Of a stretch of DNA of 64,000 bases, positions 41,204-53,731 are shown piece after piece. Under the pieces are notes generated by a model that worked only from the letters and a program-made list of their open reading frames with translations, had not been told where the DNA came from and did no database searches. Source of the stretch: the human T2T-CHM13v2.0 reference genome, Homo sapiens. Numbering within the stretch: the first letter of the stretch is position 1; every line of letters starts with the position of its first letter. The DNA lies in the NCBI RefSeq assembly GCF_009914755.1, contig NC_060928.1. One strand, given 5' to 3'. Made by a program: the position numbers and the translations under genes.

Positions 41204-43634
41204 TGATATGGTTTGGATCTGTGTCCCCACCAAAAATCAAGTTGAATTGTCATCCCAAGTGTTGGTGGTGGGGCCTGGTGGGAGGTGACTGGATCACAGG
41301 GTCGTATTTTTCATGCATGGTTTAGCACCATTCCCCTTGGTACTGTCCTCATGACAGTGAGTGAGTTCTTATTAGATCTGGTTGTTTTAAAGTGTGTAGT
41401 ACCTCCCTGCTCTCTGTCTTCCTCCTGCTTTCACCATGTGAAGTGTCTGCTCCCCCTTCACCTCTATCATGATTGTAAGTTTCCTGAGGCATCCCCAGAA
41501 GCTGAGCAGATGCCAGCATGTTTTCTGTACAGCTTCTGGAATGATGAGCCAATTAAACCTCTTTTCTTTATAAATTACCCAGTCTCAGGTATTTCTTTAT
41601 AGCAATGTGAGAACAGACTAATACAGAAAATTGGTACCAAGGAAAGGGGCATTGCTGCAAAGATATCTGAAATGTTGAAGCCACTTTTAAATTGGGTAAC
41701 TGGCAGAAGTTGAAAGAGTTTGGAAGGTTCAGAAAAAGACAAGAACATGAGGGAAAGTTTGAAACATCATAGAAAATGGTTAAATGGTTATGACCAAAAT
41801 GCTGATAGTGATATGGGCAGTGAAGACCAGGCTGATGAGGTCTCAAATGGAAATAAAAAACTCATTGGGAATTGGAGCAAAGGTCACCTTTGCTATGTCT
41901 CAGCAAAGAATTTGGCTTCACTGTGCCCCTGGGCTAGGGATCTATGGAACTTTGAACTTGGGAATGATGATTTAGGGTATCTCATGGAAGAAATTTTTAA
42001 ACAGTAAAGTGTCCATGATGTAGCCTGGCTGCTTCTAACCATCTATGCTCATATGTGTGAGCGAAGAAATGACCTAAAGTTGGAACTTATTTTTAAAGGA
42101 GAAGCAGAGTATAAAAGTTTAGAAAATTTGCAGTCTGCTCATGTGGTAGAAAAGAAAATCCCATTTTCAGAGGAGGAATTCAAACAGACTGCAGAAATTC
42201 GCATAAGCAAAAAGGAGCCAAGTGCTAACAGCCAAGACAATGGAGAAAAGGCCTCAAAAGCATTTCAGAGACCTGTGTGACAGTCCCTCCCATCACAGGC
42301 CCTGTGGCCTAGAAAAACTGAAGGTTTTGGAGGCCAGGCCCAGGGCCATGCTTCCCTGCACAGCCTCGGCACACTGTTCCCTGCATCCCAGCTGTTCCAG
42401 CTCCAGCCATGGCTCAAGGGCCCCCAGATAAAGCTCATGTTGCTGCCTTGGAGGGTGCAAGCTGTAAGTCTTGGTGGTTTCCATGTGGTATTAAGCCTGC
42501 AGGTGCACAGAGTGCAAGAGTTGGGGTTTGGGAACCTTCACCTAGATTTCAGAGGATGTATGAAAAAGCCTGCATGTCCAGGCAGAAGCCTGCTGCAGGG
42601 GCAGAGCCCTCACAAAGAACCTCTACTAGGGCAGTTGGGCAGGGAGATGTGGGATTGGATTCTCCATACAGAGTCCCCACTTGGGCACTGTCTAGTGCAG
42701 CTGTGAGAAGAGGGCCACCATCCTCCAGGTCCTGTGAAGGTAGATCCACTGACAACTTTCACTCTGTGTCTGGAAAAGATGCAGACACTCAACCCCAGCT
42801 CATGAGAGCAGCTGTGGGGGCTAAATCCTGCAAAGCCACAAGGGCAGAGCTTTCCAGGGCCTTGGGAGCTCACTCCTCACACCAGTGTGCCCTGGATGTG
42901 AGACATGGATGGAGTCAAAGGATATTATTTTGGAATTATAAGATGTAATGACTGTGCTGCTGGGTTTCAGACTTGCATGAGGCCCATAGGTCCTTTGTTT
43001 TGGCCAATTTTTCCCTTTTGTAACTGGAGTATTTACCAAATGCCTATACCTCCATTGTATATTGGAAGTAAGTAACTTGTTTTTATTTAACAGGCTCATA
43101 CATGGAAGGGATTTGCCTTGTCTCAGATAAGACTTTGGACTTTGGAATTTTGAATTAATGCTGGAATGAATTAAGACTTTGGAGAACTATTGGAAAGGTG
43201 TGATTGTATGGGGCAGTGGCAGAATGATATGCTTTGGATCTGTGTCCCTACCAAATCTCAAGTCAAATTGTAATCCTCAGTGTTGGAAGTGGGGCCTGGT
43301 GGGAGGTGATTGAATCATGGGAATGGATTTCCCATGAATGGTTTAGCACCATCCCCCTTAGTACTGTACTCATGACAGTGAGTGAGTTCTTGTGAGATTT
43401 GGTTGTCTAAAAATGTGAGGCACCTCACCCCCTCTTCCTCCTTCTCCCACCATATAAAGTGGCCCCCTTCTTTTCCACCATGATGATAAGTTTCCTGAGG
43501 CCTCCCTAGAAGCTGGGCAGATGCAAGATCATGCTTCCTGTTTAACCTGTGGGACTGTAAGCCAATTAAATCCCTTTTCTTTTTAAATTAGTCAGTGTCA
43601 GGTATTTATAGTAATGCAAGAATGGATTAATCCA
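41204..43634 (+). mobile_element. Complete MSTA MaLR element: 5' LTR 41204-41625, internal region 41626-43224, 3' LTR 43225-43634
   Basis: Both LTRs start TGATATGG/CTTTGGATCTGTGTCCC and end ...TAATACA / TAATCCA. The internal part starts GAAAATTGGTACC and ends in a polypurine tract. Decayed 5 bp TSD ATCTC / GTCTT. Confidence 0.93.
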
Positions 43635-45259
43635 GTCTTCTTTTAATGGTAATTTTATACCCCTCTCTGTCAATGAAAAAAAAAATGGTTAATTCCTGAT
43701 CAAAAATTAGAAATAGCTCCTTTTTTTTCTTCTTATTAGGAGTAAACATGGGAATCCTGTGACCTCCTTATATGATTCAGCATATTTATTGGCAGTGAAA
43801 AACTATAAGGAGCAATTACAACAGCTTTGAGAGCCTGACCAAGTTTTGCAGCTTTAAGAGTAGTTGGTCCTAGTTAAGGACTTTCAAGTATTAGAAACTT
43901 TCATTTAAGTCTTCAATGTTACATTGTCATCTCCACCTTCACCTGCACTAACTTCTCAATTCTGTTTCTGTTTCCCACCTAAAGTTTTTGGAGCATCCCA
44001 GTTTCTGGGCTCAATTTATTAGAATTAGAAGGCATGACAATGCTTTATCTGTCCTTCCAAGATTTAAAGTTAACACATTATCCTAGATCCAGTGAATGGA
44101 AGGCTTGACTTTGGATTATTATGGAACCTAATTTGCATCTCAGTCCTTCCTCTTGCAACCTCTTATATTGGCCCAGTTCATGCAACTTAGTTTCTATCTT
44201 AGTTTATTTTCTTACAACTTGACCCTACTCAGAACCAGTTATTCTATTGTATGACAGTAGAAACTTCACATACGAGTTCACAACATAGGCGTTCTTCTTT
44301 TTCTATCAGTTATCTCTATGTTTTCCCAAGAATGGGAGCTGACCTAGGAATAGAGTATCCATGAGCAGATGTAGATTCTGTTTCCCTTATCTCATACCAT
44401 CTCAATTTTAAAATGGAATGGCTGTAATTAAGATTTATATCCTCTATTATTACTGTAGCCCACCATTTCTTTACCGTAATTCACACTAAGACAATTTTTT
44501 CAAGACATTTTTTTCCATGCATCTCTTTGTTAGTCTTATGCAATGAAATTTCAGTATTAATTTAAAAAGTGATATGCCTTTGAATATGTCATGCTGATGT
44601 TAGCAATGATTAAATGTAATTGAATTAATTCACCTGCTTTAAAAAATTTCTAGATGGATATACAGATAGGTATGAATATATATATATGTATATAAATGTT
44701 TTAATTCAATAGAACCAATAGTGTGAATTTATAAAAGGTTAATACATAGCATTTGATATATGCCTGCATGATTGGAGTTTTGAGATCAGAGAAGGAAAAA
44801 TAAGACAAGGCAGTAGGGAAAAAGTGGTGAGTGCATAATAATTGTGAAAATGTTCATCTTATTTTAGGACAAATGTTAGACTGTGTTCTCTGGACTATTT
44901 TAATTAAATATGTTAATCTCTACTTTGTAGGAATAGATATCCCTCGTAAACCAGCTCCATTATTTCAAAATATCTTTTCATAGACATTGCTGAAGTTCTT
45001 TTGTGTGCTTAAATACCACCAAACTATTCAGGAAGAAAGGTTAACTTTCATTTGCTTATTTTTTCATGATTTTAGATTTCCTAGAAATTCAATACTATTT
45101 GGGTACTAAAACTGTAAAATAAATTTTATCAGCTTTATTCCAAACCTTGAGGCAACCCCAGGATGATATATTTAATTCAAAGCTGAGGGCAGACCAAACT
45201 ACTTGAGTAGGTAACTTTTAAAATAATTCGTTAAAATTTTGACTTATGAGGTGATTGCT

Positions 45260-45534
45260 TTTAGGCCCTGGGCCAGTGAGGCCATATTATAAACAGCAGG
45301 GCTCACTGAATGCTTTCAGACTCAGCTCACATCATTATATATTTGGCGTCTATGCAGTTCCTGGAAGGGCACTTCTATCCTTAGACATTTATGAGTTGAC
45401 GATATGATGTTACTATTCTTTAGGAAATTGGTTGAGTCTTTGTTTCTGGAGCTGTGAACGTGAATTTAATGTGTCTTCATTATTTAGCTAGTGATATAGG
45501 TATCACTTAACTATATAAATTCCAAAAAATCCAA
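45260..45534 (+). repeat. Copy 1 of a ~275 bp local direct duplication (copy 2 at 47852-48126)
   Basis: CCAGTGAGGCCATATTATAAACAGCAGG...CTTTAGGAAATTGGTTGAGT...AAAAAATCCAA is alignable by eye across the whole length. Confidence 0.93.
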
Positions 45535-46189
45535 TGATACTAACAATATTATTGCCAAAAAGCAGTTATTGAAATAGCTACATTAACATATGTTGGATGA
45601 AGAAAAATGGTATAGAATTACTTTTATTGAATGATCTCAAATATAGTAAAAACATACATGAAAAGACCAGGAATAAATTTTCTAATTGTGTGATTTGTTT
45701 GGATAGTTGAATTATGGATAGCATATTTTGCTTCTTTATAATTTTCTATACTTTCCTTTTTTTCTTTATAAGAGAGATGTTATTTTTTATTAGTCTGTGA
45801 TTACTCTTACAGAATTTTACAGTACTCAGCCCAAAATGTGTTTATCTACACACTCATTTCTACGTGCATGTTTTGATTGTATTATTACATTTGATATGTA
45901 TGTATTATAAGTTATGCTCACAATCTCTGCCTCTACTCTTAATACTAACCATTAGTGGATGGGAAGAAGTCACAATATACTAAGAGTGCATAATAATGAA
46001 AGATGTTTGGGGAAGAGTATTACAAAATCAGTAAAGCTAGAGATATTATTTTTATAATCTGAGATGAAGTGAATACAAAAAGACATTATTAATCTCCAGT
46101 ATATGACTCGCATTCTGTCAAGCCTTGTGCAGCCTTCCCAGTCTCTCTGTCTGTGGCCCATTAATTCATCTATCTATACATATATACGT

Positions 46190-46375
46190 TATGTCAGGTT
46201 AACCTTTATAACAACCTTAGTTCATTAGACAGGGATTATCCCCATAACTGGTAGCAAAATGTATAGACATCAAATAAGTGAAAAGACTCACTCAAGTTGC
46301 CACAATTAGAAAGTAGTAGAATAAGAATGAATCCAATTTCTCAGACTCCTATTGAAGTATTTGACATTATACCAT
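46190..46375 (-). mobile_element. MIR
   Basis: TTAACCTTTATAACAACCTT...ATTATCCCCAT...ACTCAAGTTGCCACAATTAGAAAGTAG. Confidence 0.6.
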
Positions 46376-46497
46376 AGCATACTGTTTCCAGTCTTGAACC
46401 TTATTCATGTTAATAGTTCAGGGGCCGAGGATCACATTTTTAAAAGCAGTGTTTGTAAATTCCTGAGAGTTCATATAGTCTTCCCTGAGTGTAAGTA

Positions 46498-46866
46498 TGC
46501 TATGGTCTGAATGTTTGTATCCTCCTCAAAAGTGCATATATTGAAACCTAATCTCTAATGTGATAGTATTAGAAGGTGGTGGGGTCTTTCAGAGTTGCTT
46601 AGGTAATGAGGGTGGAGCTTTCATGAATAGGATTAGTACTTAAATAAAAGAAGCCCCAGAGAGCTAACTGGCTCCTTCCACCATGTGAAGACATGCAAGA
46701 AATCACCACCTCTGACCCAGAAAGTGGGTCCTCACCAGACACTGAATCTGCCTTTGCCTTGATCTTGGACTTCCTGGTACCCAGAACTGTGAAAAATATA
46801 TGTCTGTTATTTGTAAGCTACATCATTTATGGTATTTTGTTATAACAGCTTGAAAGGAGTAAGAAT
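46498..46866 (+). mobile_element. MLT1A0-like MaLR solo LTR
   Basis: TGCTATGGTCTGAATGTTTGT...CCTCACCAGACACTGAATCTGCC...TTGATCTTGGACTTCC...TATGGTATTTTGTTATAACAGC. Confidence 0.9.
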
Positions 46867-47029
46867 AATGTCTTTCTGCATTTACTTCATTTCTGAAATG
46901 AAGATAAAGATAATAATAATTCCAAAGAAAATAATAATGATCTTGTATTCATGTAACATTTTACTTGAACCTTTACTTTGATTCTTAATCTAGTAGACAA
47001 TAAGCTCTATAAGAACAGGTTATCTTTCT

Positions 47030-48500
47030 CTCTTTTCATTCATTCATCAAATATATATTAAACAGTAGATATTCTGATATGCTGTTTTAGGAGGTGGGGA
47101 AATATGCTGATTAAGACATAAAAATCACTGTTCTTGTTTTATATACCAAATAATATGTTAATTTTAAGTATCAAAAATTTCTAGAATAAAGAGAGCAATT
47201 TAAAAAGAGCAAATTGGGTAAATAAGGTACTTTATGTGCAAGGTAAGGGGGTGGTGTTAGGATAGAAAACAGAATGATGAGAGGAGCCAATCACACAGAA
47301 AGCCAGGGGGAAACAGGATGTTAAGATCATGAGGCAGGAGAGCTTATCAATTTGAATGAAGAGAAAGGAAGCCTATATTCTGGAGTATAGTGAGTGTAGG
47401 ACAAGTAGTCTAGGAAATATGTAAAATTATATCATAAATGCAGATAAAGTATTTGAAAAGTCATTGGACTGTCCCATGCAGGTAAATAAAAAAAAATAGT
47501 GTAGGCTGAATTATGTTTTATAATGATGACTGTGTGAACATTGGGTTTTAGGGTGTAAGGTTAGAAGCAGGGAAACCAATTAAGTTGTGAAAATAATCTT
47601 AGGAAAAAAGGTTATGGTAGCTTGAATTAGAGTTATAGAGAAAAAAATGAGCACATTGAAGACATGTATCAAAGACTTGGTGATGACCTGAATGTTTGGA
47701 CTCAAGGAAAGGAATAAATTAATGATGAACTTTGGGTTTTATTTGAATAATAGAGTATGTAGTTTACCAATTACTGAGCTGGAGAAGACTAATGAAGAGA
47801 TAGATTGAGTATAGAGGAAGGAGTCAAAACTTTATTTCCATATATGTTCTGTTTAGACCCTGAGCCAGTGAGGCCATATTATAAACAGCAGGCCTCACTG
47901 AATGCTTTCAGACTCAGATCACGTCATTATATATTTGGTGTCTGTGCAGTTCCTGGAAACTCACTTCTATCCTCAGATGTTTATGAGTTGATGATATGAT
48001 GTGTTACTGTTCTTTAGGAAATTGGTTGAGTTTTCATTTCTGGAGCTGTAAACATGAATTTAATGTCTTAATCATTTAGCTAGTGATCTAGGTATCACTT
48101 ATATATAAATTTTTTAAAAAATCCAAATAGCACACAATCAATGCGGAGGTGTCTAGTATGTAGTTTAATAAAGTTTGGTGTTTAGGAGAGATTTAGAAGA
48201 TAGATAGGAAAGAAATTATTGTCTTGAGGATATGGGTCATATTTAAAGCCACAACCTTGGATGGATCACCTACGGAGGGGCTGGAGAGAGAAAATAGAAA
48301 AGCCCAGAGTTAACCAATATTTAGAAGTTGGAAGACTCTTAAACCTTGGCCAATTTGCTATGAGAAAAATCTGGGGAAGGAAGGAGATGACAACTGAGTA
48401 AAATATTGTTGAGAAGCTGAGTTAAGTTGAAGCTGGAGAACTGGGAGACAGAGACAAGGTTAGACTTGTTTGAATAGGATATGGAAAGCATTTTTGATTC
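47030..48500 (-). mobile_element. L2 fragment carrying an inserted copy of 45260-45534
   Basis: TTCATTCATTCATCAAATAT start and purine-rich antisense L2 text, interrupted at 47852-48126 and resuming at GGAGGTGTCTAG. Confidence 0.75.
47852..48126 (+). repeat. Copy 2 of the ~275 bp local duplication
   Basis: Alignable to 45260-45534 and embedded in an L2. Confidence 0.93.
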
Positions 48501-48980
48501 AAAATGACACACTGAGTAAAGAGTATTAAACCTGTAGGTCCTAAGGCTTAATTAATGTAATAGAAGAATAACTGAAAAATTACTAAAATCCCACAATAAC
48601 CCAGAGACATGGAAGGATGAAATGGAGGAGAAAATTGAATGAATGTTTAAAAGATTATTAGCTAAAAGAAGCATGTTTGCTAACGGTGCGGAATGAAGGA
48701 GTTACAATCTGGATTAAGTGAGGGGTCTGTAGCAGAGGAAGGAGATGGCCTGCCTGGCAACATGAGTAGAGAGAAACTGGATATGAACAGTACAAATGTA
48801 ATAGAGGGTAGGACAGAGATGCGAGACAACAAATAAATGTGTTCATTTACATATTGAAGAGCAGATCTCTTTACCTCTTTCCCTCGCACATGATTTGTTA
48901 GATCCAATTTTATTTTTGCTTTTGCTAGATAGGAACAAGGTAATGGGGTTATAAAGGGAGGGTGACTTGGTGCACAAGAA

Positions 48981-49145
48981 CATTGCTTCTCAACGTTCAA
49001 ATGCATAAAAATCACCCAGGGATCTTGTTAAAATGCAAATTCTGATTCGGTAGTCTGTAATGAAGCTGGAGATTCTGCATTTCCAGTAGGATTCCAGGTG
49101 ATGCTGATACAGTCGTTCAAACCAAACACTTTGGATACCAAGGCA
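48981..49145. mobile_element. MER5-type hAT MITE
   Basis: CTTCTCAAC...AATCACCCAGGGATCTTGTTAAAATGCAAATTCTGATTC...GATTCTGCATTTC...CCAGGTGATGCTGAT...CACTTTG. Confidence 0.85.
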
Positions 49146-50720
49146 CTAGCAGGTACTGGTTAAAAGAGAAATTTAAAACACATGCTGTTAAGTCAGCAGT
49201 TCTAAAAAGAGTGAAAAGAAAATAAGCTTATTTCAGTTGAACCACCACAGAACTTTGAACAGTGGTGAAGGCTTTGGAATTGCATGATATAGTGTGGAAA
49301 TAGCTATGAGAACTCCAGAATAGGATGACCCAATTAAAGCAAGGATTGATGACATCATAGGCAGCCATCAGGGGGATATGGGAAAATGGTATTCAGCAGG
49401 GAAAGCCTCTATGTAAATGAAACTCATTTCGTTTAATGCAGATGTTTTTGATGTAACATCTAAATGCTCTCAAATATTACTTGAGTTACCAACATTCTAA
49501 TTACTGTCTTCTAACTGAGATGTGGAAATAAATGCCTTTGTAATATATATAATAGAAAATCTGCTAAGATGGCTGGGTAGATGAATAGATCACATTTTTC
49601 AATGTTAGGAAAAAAATAAAGGCAATAACAATAAATATGAGATCACAATTAGAAGAAATTTGTGAGCCCCTGCATTATTTTCTACAGATAATTTTAACTC
49701 TAAACTGAACTCTCAGATTTATATATTGATGCATTTGAGGGTATCTAAGATTTTTATGATATTTTCTTATTTAATATGAACATGGAGAAAAACCAAGTAC
49801 TTCCATAATAATAAGTAAATTCATTAGTGAATTATTTTCTCATAGATTCTTAAGATTTATAACTCCCAGGTAATTCTTTTTAAAACTCACTCTCAAACTA
49901 AATATTAGCATAGGGATGTAAGATAGCATTACTAAGAGAAAAAGCAACACAGTATGAACAGAGTTAGACCATTAGCCAAAGTGAATATGCAATTTACTAT
50001 CTGTAGCTTTCATTTCACAGAGGAAATGGGAGAGTATTATTCACAGTTAAAGGAAATAGGTAAATACTGTTTTTCACAAATAAATGGAAGTAAAAGAATC
50101 TTTCTGTTCCTATGAAATTTATAGCAATGGAAGTATTAAAGTAAAGCCTTTAGACCATTATGTTTTATATAACTAAGTTAACATGTATAAATTAATTTTT
50201 CTCTTTTTAACCTTTAATTATGAATTACATATTGTGAACCTGGGTGAATGTTTAAAAAGATTTTCTAGCTTTCTCAGAATAAGGATTTTCCTCAAAATTA
50301 TTATGTAAGAAAAATAATGACTGTGCTACCACAAAGGGGGCTATTCTGAATTACTAGTTTAGATTCACCACTAGATTTAGAAATGTATCAAATGGGAATA
50401 ACCTGGTATCAATCAAAGATTTCTGAAATAACTGAGCCAAATCTAAGTTTCCCGTTTTGACAGATGACCCAGATTACCCACATTTAGCCATTCCCAGCAT
50501 CTGTGGTTGTTGAATTGTCTTTGATCTGCTCTTGAATCTCTCACATGATCACTATAGTAGGCAAGGCCGCACATTTATAAGAAAACTGGCAACTGGGAAC
50601 AGAATAAAGTTCTGTAGGCCTGCACTTAAAAAAAGTTAAGAAAAGCTCAGCTAAATTTGTATATTTATTCTCCAAAGCTCTGAAACAGCTCAATTTTAAA
50701 TATCAAACAAATACACTTAC

Positions 50721-50893
50721 TTTGTATTTCCCACATACTTGAAGGTTGAAAATAGTGCTTCATATCAGGAGTGTGATTTCCATGTCACTAGTCAAATACT
50801 TTTTGCCTTCAGCTATAAAAGTGCTTGTAGTCTTAGGTGTGCCATGCCCAAGTTTAATTGACTTCAAAGGACATCCATTCAATGAAAAGAAAC
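50721..50893 (-). ncRNA. Candidate non-coding exon (173 nt)
   Basis: Minus strand acceptor CTCCTTCCAACACAG|G and consensus donor AAA|GTAAGT, in non-repetitive sequence. All three frames contain stops. Based on splice signals only. Confidence 0.3.
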
Positions 50894-52172
50894 CTGTGTT
50901 GGAAGGAGATTGTCCCAAGGCAAATCAATAAGGTCATTTTAGGGGCTCTAAATTGGAGAGCGAGTTTCTTCTAGTTCATTCTCTCATATGCATCTGAAAG
51001 CATACTTTTCTTGTGAAAAGTCTGTCCATTTTATTGCTTGTTTTCTTACATTATGTGTGAGTGTATGCGTGTGTGTGATAGGGTGAACTATGTTTTAATT
51101 TTAAAATAATAGTTAAAATTAAATTGGATTATTTGATGATATTGTTGGCTTAGCTTAAATGAGATCCACTGAAATTCACATTGAATTAAGTAGGAATTTC
51201 TTTAAAATGATTGATTTTATAAATTTTTTGTTGTGTTAATAGTTATATTTATTGTTAATAAGTTTAGAGTAAGTCACTAATAAAATGTTGATTTGCTTCT
51301 TCCCCCATATTAGTCTATTCTTTCCAAATAAAAACATCTCATTTTGATATGGTATTTCAATTTGTATCATGAGAAAATCTAATTCACTTGATTTCTAGTT
51401 TGAATGGATCTTTAAATATTCATGTAGTTGTATACAAATTAATGGTCTAAGTACTTGGATGCAAAAAGACTTGCAAATTCTTAAATATAAGATTATTTAG
51501 ATGTGAAGTGATATTAGGAGCAAAAGTGTAGCAGTTGCTAGAGATTCATTAGGAACTATAAAAAGCTAGTACTGATAACTCTAAATATAACCTATATCAT
51601 ATGTAGGAGATTTTGATTAACATACATTATTTCAAGAAGAGGCCGTGTCATATGGTCATCATATACATATTTATAAGATATTTAAGAATTAAATATTAAA
51701 GAATAAAATCCTACAAGTCATTCTCAGATGTCCTTGCCATTCCTCAAAACAAATTATTCTTCTAAAATAGTGAGGATCCTTTAAAGGAACATTACAATAA
51801 AATGTTTCTTGTAAAGGGAAATGGTCCTTTCTACTTTAAATGTAGGTTGTTGCCCTTGATATGTAAGTCTGGGTTATTCATGACAAGCTTGGCATGCCAA
51901 TATTCACTGGTTTAACATAATGTTCTTACCATCTCACCTCATTGAGGTGAGACTATTTTCTTCTTACAGAGTAACTTACAGTGTTTGTTTCATCCATTTG
52001 GTGCTCACACACAAATAGCCTTGTCTATGGCATGAAACCTCTAGGCTCAGTGCAATGAGTCTTCCATTTCTCCAGACTCATGAAGTAGTACCCGCCTATG
52101 TCGAGCCAGTCTAGGTGGCAACTATCTTCTCAGTTCAGGAAAATGCTGGCCTGGATACATGATACAGAGAAG

Positions 52173-52643
52173 GCATTAGTTTTCTAGAGCAACCATAACA
52201 AAGTAGCATAAAATAGGTGACTTAAAACAACAGAAATTTGTGTTTTTTTTTTGTTTTTTTTTACATTTCTGAGAACTAAAAGTCCAGAATTAGCAAGGCC
52301 ATGCTCCCCCTGAGTCTCTGAGCAAAATCCTTCCTTGCCTCTTCCTAACTTCTGGTGATGGACAGCAATTCTTGACATTCCTTGGCTTGCAGCTGCCAAA
52401 GTCCAGTCTCTGCCTCTGTCATCACATGGCCATCTTTGCTCCAAGTTCCCTCTTTGTGTCTGTCCAAATTTTCCATTTTTATAAGGATGACCATCATATT
52501 GGATTAGGGTCCAGCCTAATTACCATGTCTTAACTTTGTTAAATCTGCAAAGATTGTATTTCCAAATAAGTTTGCATTTTGAGTTACTGGGAATTAGAAT
52601 TCCAACATGTCTTCTTTTAGGGAATACAGTGCAATCCATTAAA
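52173..52643 (-). mobile_element. MLT1C-like MaLR solo LTR
   Basis: CATTAGTTTTCTAG...CCATAACAAAGTAGCAT...GACTTAAAACAACAGAAATT...GGATTAGGGTCCAGCCTAAT...TTCCAAATAAG. Confidence 0.85.
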
Positions 52644-53289
52644 GAGAATATAGTTTAAAACATATTTTCAGAAGTGAGGAATATACTCCTAGAATCAAAG
52701 GGCAGACAGAAGAGGTTTTTATCTACTTTAGTTGGTAACCCGACTTTTATATCTTTAATTTGAATTAGTTACATTTTTTTCTGAAGCCACATTATTTAGT
52801 ATATAGTTTGGCAGAGAATGAGAATTCTAGTCGCTTTCATAAAATATAACATTGCTTATTGAATTCAAGCAAAAGTACAATATATAATGAAATCAACGAA
52901 GCACCTGCTAGTCACTTTGTCTTTGGGGTCACTTGCATTTAAACAGGAGGGATCATCAAAAACAATCAGGCTCTGAAATTTTGTTTCACATCATATTCTC
53001 TATATATACACCTCAAACATTCACTCTTTAGGGTGTATTTCTTCCTTAGCCATTTCACCTCTATCTTCCTTTTACTGAGAACCCAAGAGCTTTGAATTGT
53101 GTTTATTCATCATGGGAAACAACAAAAAGCACTCTTTACAATAGCATCTGTTTGTCAACAAATGGGTGTATTGTTTTTTCCCTTTCATTGGTCCATCTCT
53201 GCCTCACTGGCTGAATATATTTTGCTGTTACTGAATAGTACCTGCATATACAGTAATGTTTTCATGTGCCATAAAAGTCATTTTACCAG

Positions 53290-53570
53290 AAAGTGTCATT
53301 GATTTACTTGTGGCAATATAGGATTTCTTGATTAAGAGTTTGACAAATCCCCACTGAAGCTGCATAATAAATCAATCTTTTACTGGAAAAGCCTGAGAGG
53401 GGGGTAAGTGAAGATGCTATACATTAATACCTGGGGGAGAGTCACTAACCTCTGTTCTCTGGTGATCAATCACCTCGGCTACGTTGTGCTGACAATGTCT
53501 GGAGGTCATCTGGTTAATGAGACAGCACTAGAAAATTCCTTCCCAGGATTACATTGTATCAGTCAATCAT
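53290..53570. promoter_or_regulatory. Candidate PBX/HOX/MEIS enhancer motif cluster
   Basis: TGTCA + TGATTTAC (53294-53307), TGATTTAT (minus, 53367-53374), TGATTGAT (minus, 53465-53472), TGATTGACTG (minus, 53560-53569), plus extra TGACA sites. Motif evidence only. Confidence 0.35.
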
Positions 53571-53731
53571 GAACACCCATATTAGACACCAAGATTCATT
53601 TGCTACTTTTAAGAGAAAATTCTGTGCAATATGTCCAGAGCAGATTAATGATTATAAGTGGATTACATAAAAACAAGAAAAATATGCAGTTGCTCTTAGG
53701 GTGCGTCCATTAGGAAGAATTAAACCAAGTC

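Noticed and set aside
42409-42948. Longest ORF in the window (179 aa) and neighbouring ORFs
   Set aside because: They lie in the MSTA internal region, a decayed MaLR remnant, with no sign of a host gene.
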